Assembly: GCA_001779115.1 (NCBI GenBank)
Contig: MFJF01000005.1
Span: forward strand, 142,888-206,887
DNA length: 64,000 bases
Reading direction: 5' to 3'
Source: Candidatus Gottesmanbacteria bacterium RIFCSPHIGHO2_01_FULL_40_15
Lineage (GTDB): Bacteria > Patescibacteriota > Microgenomatia > 2-02-FULL-39-11
Below the pieces are notes generated by a model. That model searched no databases, had not been told where the DNA came from, and saw only the letters and a program-made list of their open reading frames with translations. Positions 57,625 through 64,000 of the stretch are shown here, one piece after another. The translations under genes and the position numbers were made by a program. How positions within the stretch are numbered: the first letter of the stretch is position 1; every line of letters begins with the position of its first letter.

Positions 57625-58032
57625 TTGAATATTGTATTGGATACAAATATATTTATCGCCGCCGGATTCAGACAAAGCAATGGAGCAGCCAGAATTTTTG
57701 ATATGGTCCACGACGGCAAACTGAAGTTTATCTGGAATGGAGAAATAAGAAACGAAATTGTGGGAACGATAAATAAAATTCCCGGTTTTCCGGGTGAAAA
57801 ATTTTTAAGATTGTTCAGAAAAGAAAATGAATTTAAAGGTAAGACTTTTCCGGAAAAATATACACTTGTTTCCGATCCCTCAGACAGAAAATTTATCGCT
57901 CTTGCCAAAGAAGTAAAAGCAATTCTTATAACAAATGATGATCATCTGCTTTCCAAAAGGCTTGATTTACAGGCAAAAATAATGTCGTCAAAAGAATTTA
58001 TTATATTTTTTTCCAATACCAATAACGGTTAA
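57625..58032 (+). CDS. PIN-domain protein (VapC-like nuclease fold), orphan
   Basis: 135 aa. IVLDTNIFIAAG N-terminus and ILITNDDHL (conserved acidic residues of the PIN active site). No adjacent antitoxin ORF. Confidence 0.65.
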   Translation: MNIVLDTNIFIAAGFRQSNGAARIFDMVHDGKLKFIWNGEIRNEIVGTINKIPGFPGEKFLRLFRKENEFKGKTFPEKYTLVSDPSDRKFIALAKEVKAILITNDDHLLSKRLDLQAKIMSSKEFIIFFSNTNNG

Positions 58033-58045
58033 ATTCAGAAGAATA

Positions 58046-58603
58046 ATGAAAATTAACAAAAATCAAAAAGCTACATTTGCGGGAGGCTGTTTCTGGTGTA
58101 CCGAAGCTATTTTTAACAGGTTAAAAGGAGTAATATCAGTCACATCCGGTTATTCCGGAGGAAAAGAAATTAAACCTGACTATGAGAAAGTGTTATCCGG
58201 TGAAACCGGCCATGCTGAGGCGATACAAATTGTTTTTAATCCTGAAGAAATTTCTTACAGAGATCTGGTAAATTTATTTTTCCAAATCCATGATCCGACA
58301 CAGTTAAACAGACAGGGGGCAGATATCGGATCCCAATACCGCAGTGTTATTTTTTTTCATAATAATGAACAAAAAAATACCGCACTTTATGAGAAGGAAG
58401 AGTTTATTAAGACGGGAATGTATCAAAAAGAAATAGTCACGGAAATAGTTCCATATGATAATTTTTATAAAGCCGAAGAATATCACCAGAATTATTATGA
58501 AAAGAATCCGCAAGCGCAATATTGCCGGCTAATTATAAATCCCAAACTGCAAAAGCTTTACCGCCGGCATTCAAAATATACCAGGGAAATTAAAAATAGT
58601 TAA
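58046..58603 (+). CDS. msrA: Peptide-methionine (S)-S-oxide reductase
   Basis: 185 aa. Active-site GGCFWCTEA motif. Confidence 0.92.
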   Translation: MKINKNQKATFAGGCFWCTEAIFNRLKGVISVTSGYSGGKEIKPDYEKVLSGETGHAEAIQIVFNPEEISYRDLVNLFFQIHDPTQLNRQGADIGSQYRSVIFFHNNEQKNTALYEKEEFIKTGMYQKEIVTEIVPYDNFYKAEEYHQNYYEKNPQAQYCRLIINPKLQKLYRRHSKYTREIKNS

Positions 58604-58634
58604 AGACTTATAAAGTCAGTACCCATCTGGTCCC

Positions 58635-59108
58635 TCAGAATTTCCGGGAAATGTAAACACCAATCAAATGGGAAAGTAATATTACGATGACGGCAATCGA
58701 AATATGCTCCATAATCACAAATCCGGGAGATTCTTTTTTATGCCGGGCTATCAAATAACTGAAAAAAGTGAGGATCGTAATGCCCCAGATTATACTGAAA
58801 ATGATGGCCTGAGATAAATCAAGCAAAATTACCGGAATTATAAATGTTACGGTAATGAAAAATTTGGCAAGCCAGGCTGATATTGTTGATTCCCAAATAT
58901 CCCTGAAAGTACTGCCAGGCCGGGCTTCCTGGGAAATATGGATACCAAGAGCATCTGAAAAAGCATCGGCAACGGCGATGGTCAGAATTCCGCCGATAAC
59001 CGGCAACCTGGAGTGGGTACCGGCATTTAAACCGACAATCAAACCCAGTGTAGTTATTATACCGGAAGTCAATCCGAAGCTGAGACCGGTTTGGAAAGAC
59101 AGTCGCAT
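58635..59108 (-). CDS. VIT1/CCC1-family membrane domain protein (transporter domain only)
   Basis: 157 aa, 4-5 TM. GGILTIAVADAFSDALG resembles the VIT family core. Paralogous to the C-terminal half of the adjacent gene. Confidence 0.5.
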   Translation of the reverse strand: MRLSFQTGLSFGLTSGIITTLGLIVGLNAGTHSRLPVIGGILTIAVADAFSDALGIHISQEARPGSTFRDIWESTISAWLAKFFITVTFIIPVILLDLSQAIIFSIIWGITILTFFSYLIARHKKESPGFVIMEHISIAVIVILLSHLIGVYISRKF

Positions 59109-59119
59109 AGTTTATAATT

Positions 59120-60013
59120 TCAGGTTTCTATTCCCAGACTTTTTCGCAGAATAATCCCGATAGCAAAACTGACAGCGGCAACACCCATACTGATTACCAG
59201 CATTTGGGTAAAATGCTTTTTGAAAGAAATCTGTTGAGCCACCGAAACATAAAAAGAGAAAAAGACTATGATGAGGACGGCAATCATAAGAGTCATAACG
59301 AGAGAAAAATATACCCGGGATAAAATTAGATAAGGTGAAATAAGGAGTAAAACTACAATAAGGTAAGCTGTGCCGGTATACAACGAAGCTCTGAGGGCAT
59401 CTTTATCATTTTTTTCTTCTGATTTTATTGACAGATATTCCGAGGCAGCCATTGATAAGGAAGCGGCCACACCGGTAATAAAGCCGACCAGTGCAATAAG
59501 AGCGGAGTCAGCCAATGCAAAAGTCAGACCGGCTAAAGCTCCCGTCAATTCAACCAGGGCATCATTTAACCCAAGAACAATGGAACCGACATATTTTAGA
59601 AAGCGGTCATTTATAAGATTAAGCGTGTCAAGTTCATGCCTGTCTTCATCGGTTATTATTTTTTCGATGCGGGGAATCTTTGCGGAAAAATCCCGATAAG
59701 CCACTTGGGCATTTTCTTCACCCAACTCCATTAATTTAGTTGTAAACATTAAACCCAAAATTCTGGCCAAGGAGCTATAGAAAAATACTTTTAAGCGGTC
59801 AGCCGGGACATCCTGCTTTGATATTTTTTTCCAAAAGTTATAATGCCGATATTCATCATCGGCAATTGTTTTTAGTATTTTTTTATTTTCCGGATTTTTG
59901 GATAAGCGGGATAAGTTTTTATAAACATAATATTCGGTAATTTCCGATCTCTGGAAATTTTTAATCTTTACTAAATCATCATGATTCATATCTGCTAACT
60001 TTGAGTTTATCAT
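59120..60013 (-). CDS. MbfA-like membrane-bound ferritin (erythrin/ferritin-like diiron domain + VIT1 transporter domain)
   Basis: 297 aa. N-terminal ExxH diiron motifs (DDEYRHYNFW, TDEDRHEL) followed by a VIT1-like TM domain. Confidence 0.7.
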   Translation of the reverse strand: MINSKLADMNHDDLVKIKNFQRSEITEYYVYKNLSRLSKNPENKKILKTIADDEYRHYNFWKKISKQDVPADRLKVFFYSSLARILGLMFTTKLMELGEENAQVAYRDFSAKIPRIEKIITDEDRHELDTLNLINDRFLKYVGSIVLGLNDALVELTGALAGLTFALADSALIALVGFITGVAASLSMAASEYLSIKSEEKNDKDALRASLYTGTAYLIVVLLLISPYLILSRVYFSLVMTLMIAVLIIVFFSFYVSVAQQISFKKHFTQMLVISMGVAAVSFAIGIILRKSLGIET

Positions 60014-60044
60014 AAAATGCTCAGGTCAGAATTGTTATACTGAA

Positions 60045-61910
60045 TTGATGATTGCATATCTAAAAAATAAATTCCAGATGGATATTTGGCGGCGTAACAA
60101 GACCTTCTTTTTATTGATACTTATCTATTTTGCCGGATTAATCGCGTATTTCAACAGTTTTTCCGGAGAATTTGTTTTTGACGATATCAATACTATCGTA
60201 AATTCAAGAGCTGTTAAAAGCAACTTAAGCTTATCTTCATTATGGGAAATCAATCACAGCCGTTTTATTCCGCTTTTAACATTTGTTTTTAATTACCGGT
60301 TAAATCAACTTAACCCGGAGAACTACCATTTTATTAATTTTCTGATCCACATTGTCAATTCGTTTCTGGTTTTTTTTCTGTTTAATACTATTTTAAAAAT
60401 TTCCCCACCAGGACCAGACACTTCTAAAAAAAGCAGTCTTTTACCTTTTATTACGGCAGTAATTTTTACCGTTCATCCGTTACAAACTTCGGCCGTGTCA
60501 TATATTTCCCAGAGAGCAACTCTTATTGTTTCTTTTTTTTACTTAATGACCCTCCTTTTTTATCTGCTTTCAAAAAGCGGTAAATTAAAAATAAGTATAA
60601 TTTTTTATTTTCTTTCACTTGCTATAACTATTCCGGCTTTAATATCAAAAGAAAACGGTTATTCACTGCCCCTTATTATTCTTGTTACAGATTATTTTTT
60701 CTTTTTCAGACAGAATCTGAAGAATAAAATAAGATTTTTGAAGCCGTTACCTTTTTTTATTTTGGCAGGGACTGTTTTTTATTTTATCTATCTTCAAAGA
60801 GCCGGTGCCCCTTTTGAAGTTACAACCGGCCTGTCAATGACGGGAGGAGACAGAATAATTACGCGACAGGAATATTTATTCACCCAGATAAAGGTCATAC
60901 CCTTTTACATTTATCTTCTTCTTTTGCCCCTTAATCTGAATGTTGACTATGATTTTCCGATAAGTAAAACTTTTTTTTCACCTGATGTAATTATCCCGTT
61001 TATATTCTCTCTGGCAATTTTTGTTATTTCTGCCCCAATATTATATAAAAAAAGGCGGCCGGCAATATGGGGATTAATATTTTTTTTCATAACACTGTCA
61101 GTAGAATCTTCAATCATACCCATTAAAGACGTAATATTTGAACACCGGCTATACCTTCCTTCAGCGGGATTTATCAGCGCTGTGGTATTTATTGCTTCAG
61201 CGGTAGTAATTCAGATGATTAAAAAAAATAAAAAAACCGGTAATTTAATTAATTTAACTGTTATCAGTATCATAACTTTATATATTGTTCTGACTGTTAA
61301 CAGAAATAAAGTTTGGCAGTCAGAATACAGTTTATGGAGCGATACGGTAAAAAAATCACCGAAAAAAGCACGAGTGCGCTACAATTTAGGGGTAGCCAGT
61401 TATGCAATCGGAAAAACTGAAGAGGCAAAAGCCGAATTCGGACAGGCAATTAATCTTGATCCCCATTATTCCGACGCCTACCGGAATTTGGGATTTATTT
61501 TTGAAAGAGAGAATAATTTTAATAAAGCATATTCTTTATATAACGATGCTTTAAGCATAAATTTTTATAACACAAAAAGCCGGGCGCAATTAGCAGCATT
61601 TTATATTAATCAAAAAAAGTATAATGAAGGCATTCTACAATATTTAAAAATTCTGGAATATGATCCGAAGAATGCAGCAGTCTACAATGATTTGGGAATC
61701 ATCTATCTGATACAAAACAGGCAAGAAGAAACAATTAACTCTTTTAAAAAAGCTATCAAGCTTGACCCGAAAAATGAAATTGCCCTTAAAAATTTAGTCA
61801 ATAGTTTATGGCATTTCGGTTTTGACGACGAAGCCCGGAAATATTACTTGAAGCTTATAAAGCTTAATCCGGAAAATTCACAAGCATACCAGTTCATGTT
61901 TAATCCTTAA
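60045..61910 (+). CDS. Polytopic membrane protein with C-terminal TPR repeats (PMT_2/GT-C-like N-domain)
   Basis: 621 aa. About 11 TM helices, then at least 5 TPR-like repeats (YNLGVASYAIGKTEEAKAEFGQAINLDPHYSDAY...). Confidence 0.65.
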   Translation: MMIAYLKNKFQMDIWRRNKTFFLLILIYFAGLIAYFNSFSGEFVFDDINTIVNSRAVKSNLSLSSLWEINHSRFIPLLTFVFNYRLNQLNPENYHFINFLIHIVNSFLVFFLFNTILKISPPGPDTSKKSSLLPFITAVIFTVHPLQTSAVSYISQRATLIVSFFYLMTLLFYLLSKSGKLKISIIFYFLSLAITIPALISKENGYSLPLIILVTDYFFFFRQNLKNKIRFLKPLPFFILAGTVFYFIYLQRAGAPFEVTTGLSMTGGDRIITRQEYLFTQIKVIPFYIYLLLLPLNLNVDYDFPISKTFFSPDVIIPFIFSLAIFVISAPILYKKRRPAIWGLIFFFITLSVESSIIPIKDVIFEHRLYLPSAGFISAVVFIASAVVIQMIKKNKKTGNLINLTVISIITLYIVLTVNRNKVWQSEYSLWSDTVKKSPKKARVRYNLGVASYAIGKTEEAKAEFGQAINLDPHYSDAYRNLGFIFERENNFNKAYSLYNDALSINFYNTKSRAQLAAFYINQKKYNEGILQYLKILEYDPKNAAVYNDLGIIYLIQNRQEETINSFKKAIKLDPKNEIALKNLVNSLWHFGFDDEARKYYLKLIKLNPENSQAYQFMFNP

Positions 61911-62347
61911 CTACCCGGTGATGGAGTAGGAGTTGATGTCTGATATCTTCCGTATTGCGGATTAAGCTGGATATTTTGGGCTGTAACTGATCCGTCAGAA
62001 TTTTCAGAACCGAATACGACAACCTGACTCCCCTGTTTTAAGTCAGTTATAGAAACTTTTGTTGCCTGATTGATTTGGGTAGTGTCTTTTAATAAAACAA
62101 TTTTACTTTGTTCGTCAGACATTTTAACAGTGAATGAATTCCCGTCGATATTGATAATTTCACCGGCCACAGGCCGGTTATTGACCTGTCTACGAATATT
62201 GTTTTGACCGTTTATCTCCTGGTCAAACTGCCGGAATATATTCATACGGTTAGCGGTGACCTTTGACTGATTATATTTCATTCCGCCAAAAAATCCCGCT
62301 GATAGGGCAATAATTGCGATAATAATTACATAGACCGGTTTCATCAT
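61907..62347 (-). CDS. Hypothetical membrane-anchored protein
   Basis: 146 aa. N-terminal TM, Asn/Gln-rich linker, and a small beta domain with a Pro/Thr tail. Confidence 0.35.
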   Translation of the reverse strand: MMKPVYVIIIAIIALSAGFFGGMKYNQSKVTANRMNIFRQFDQEINGQNNIRRQVNNRPVAGEIINIDGNSFTVKMSDEQSKIVLLKDTTQINQATKVSITDLKQGSQVVVFGSENSDGSVTAQNIQLNPQYGRYQTSTPTPSPGS

Positions 62348-62374
62348 TGATAATCACCTCCCTTTGACTTTGGC

Positions 62375-63457
62375 TTAGGATAAACCCTTTAGATATTTGT
62401 TAAAAAAGGTTACTGATCTTTGCATGGCCGTGTTGAAATAATTGGAGAGATTATGATCGTCACCGGGATAGGTAAACAATTCAACTTCCTTACCGGCATT
62501 TTTAAGCTGGAGAGTCAGTTTTTCGGAAAACTCCAATGGAACGGAATTATCGCCGGTTCCGTGATGAAGCTGTAAGGGTCCGGAAATATCAGACAGATAA
62601 TAATTGGCGGAAATGGAATTCCAAAAATCGGGATTTTGTTCGGGAGTGCCGTATTTTTCCGTCATAAGCTGCCTCCATCGTCTGGTTCCGGTCGGTCCGC
62701 CAGCTCGCGGAGAAGGCGACGATGATCCCACCCTCCACCTTGTTAATAAATCAGGATAAGAAGCAACAACTCCAGCCCAGATTACTCCAGCCTTTATATC
62801 TTGCCTTATGACCATATTACGGAGTGAAATAAAACCTCCCAGTGAATGACCCCACATGCCGATATTATTCGGGTCGGCATCCTTATATTTTTTTACGGAA
62901 GAAACGGCATTTAGAACATCTATTGTGTAAGCGTTAGACCCGTAAGCTCCGGAGGCATCACCTTCTGAATTTCCATGGCCGCGGTAATCGGGTTTAAAAA
63001 CTATATAACCTGACCTGGCAAAACCGTCGATATAGGCTACATAACGCTCTGATGTCCGATACTGAAGCGGAGGAATATAGCCGTGATTAAAGACAATCAC
63101 CGGCCAGCCGCCGGCGGGTTTGACCCCCTTGGGAACTGTTAATAACGCATAAATTTTTAAGCCTTCGGACAAATAAGAGGTAATAAACCGATCGTAATTA
63201 TTGCCTGGAGGAAGTGTTTGTTCGATGGTGATTAAACTTCCATTCTTCCAAAGAGCGAAATTATGGCGAAGAAGCTCAATTGACAAGGGGTTATCATCAA
63301 CCTCCAGATCTCCTTCGTTTATTTCCTGATTGTCAGTCATTTCTGGATTGGAAGTAAGGCTAACAACTTGACTTTTTAGAGTAAACTGTCTCAAACCAAT
63401 ATATATGAAGAGAAAAACAACCGGGATAATAAGAAAAGTAATGGTAATTTTATTCAT
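62375..63457 (-). CDS. Alpha/beta-hydrolase (S9 prolyl-oligopeptidase/dienelactone-hydrolase-like), membrane-anchored
   Basis: Start at the internal ATG (MNKITITFLII..., 7 nt after the upstream gene's stop). Nucleophile elbow GMWGHSLGG, and downstream Asp and His (HHGTGDNSVP). Confidence 0.75.
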   Translation of the reverse strand: MNKITITFLIIPVVFLFIYIGLRQFTLKSQVVSLTSNPEMTDNQEINEGDLEVDDNPLSIELLRHNFALWKNGSLITIEQTLPPGNNYDRFITSYLSEGLKIYALLTVPKGVKPAGGWPVIVFNHGYIPPLQYRTSERYVAYIDGFARSGYIVFKPDYRGHGNSEGDASGAYGSNAYTIDVLNAVSSVKKYKDADPNNIGMWGHSLGGFISLRNMVIRQDIKAGVIWAGVVASYPDLLTRWRVGSSSPSPRAGGPTGTRRWRQLMTEKYGTPEQNPDFWNSISANYYLSDISGPLQLHHGTGDNSVPLEFSEKLTLQLKNAGKEVELFTYPGDDHNLSNYFNTAMQRSVTFFNKYLKGLS

Positions 63458-64000
63458 AACGCAGTGCTTCGATTGGCTGGAGATTGGCAGCTTTTTTTGC
63501 GGGATACCAGCCGAATAATATACCGATAAAAGCCGAAACTGCAAATGCAAGCAAAATTGAATTGAGTGAAATAATAAAAAGAGAATTTATTAATCCGGAA
63601 ATGACGTATGAAGCGATAATTCCGACAATAATTCCAATTACTCCGCCGCTGAAAGTTAGGATTACAGATTCGGTTAGAAACTGGGAAGTGACTACTCTTT
63701 TTTTGGCACCGAGCGCCTTTCTTAAACCGATTTCCCTGGTCCTTTCAGTCACGGTTACCAACATAATGTTCATAATACCAATTCCGCCAACCAGAAGAGA
63801 AATGGCGGCAATACCTGATAAAAGAGCTGTAAATGTCCCTGTAGCACTTGAAGCGGTATTGAGAATATCAGCCTGGGACATAATCATAAAATCAGCTTGA
63901 GTCGGATCAGTCAGATTATGACGGTCAAGCAGCAAATAGCCCACCTGATTCTGGGCATCAACCATGACTTGGGGACTTTTGGCTTCAAGAGCGATTGAAG
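63450..64000 (-). CDS. FtsX/MacB-family ABC transporter permease, C-terminal part (gene continues beyond window end)
   Basis: Four-helix FtsX core (GIGIMNIMLVTVTERTREIGLRKALGAKK...). The reading frame is open to the window edge, so the 5' end is not in this window. Confidence 0.7.
   Translation of the reverse strand, partial: SIALEAKSPQVMVDAQNQVGYLLLDRHNLTDPTQADFMIMSQADILNTASSATGTFTALLSGIAAISLLVGGIGIMNIMLVTVTERTREIGLRKALGAKKRVVTSQFLTESVILTFSGGVIGIIVGIIASYVISGLINSLFIISLNSILLAFAVSAFIGILFGWYPAKKAANLQPIEALRYE

Overview
This 64-kb window looks like chromosomal DNA from a low-GC, small-genome bacterium read with the standard genetic code. The gene content resembles an uncultivated CPR/Patescibacteria-type organism, but that placement is an inference from content only. 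No CRISPR array, rRNA or tRNA was found. Most of the window is housekeeping: metG, valS, tsaD, dtd, msrA, uppP, a groES-groEL operon and a set of peptidoglycan enzymes (two PBP1A paralogues, a D,D-carboxypeptidase, a GH18 hydrolase and MraY/WecA-like, GT2 and GT-C glycosyltransferases). It also carries several two-component systems, a nine-gene type IV pilus locus and a DsbA/VKOR/DsbB disulfide set.

Five loci deserve a second look:
(1) A minimal [NiFe]-hydrogenase at 35.9-39.9 kb. It has a group-3-type large subunit and a 159-aa NuoB-like small subunit with only three Cys. A divergent operon beside it encodes hypC, an EamA transporter, an unknown Cys-rich protein and the maturation endopeptidase. 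No diaphorase or membrane partner subunits are present.
(2) An SOS cassette at 32.4-34.7 kb. A consensus promoter has the LexA box TGAACGATCGTTCA in its spacer. It precedes a near-leaderless 58-aa basic ORF, then lexA, an 87-aa coupled ORF and a Y-family polymerase.
(3) An IS200/IS605-family HUH transposase inserted just downstream of groEL and bounded by perfect 14-bp inverted repeats.
(4) A perfect CIRCE-like palindrome (TTAGCAGTC-N9-GACTGCTAA) beside that element and upstream of a PEGA/SH3 gene. A degenerate copy sits at the groES promoter.
(5) An orphan HisKA H-box mini-ORF next to an OmpR-type regulator.

Coordinates for several genes were corrected from the supplied ORF track where the first ATG/TTG was an upstream over-extension.
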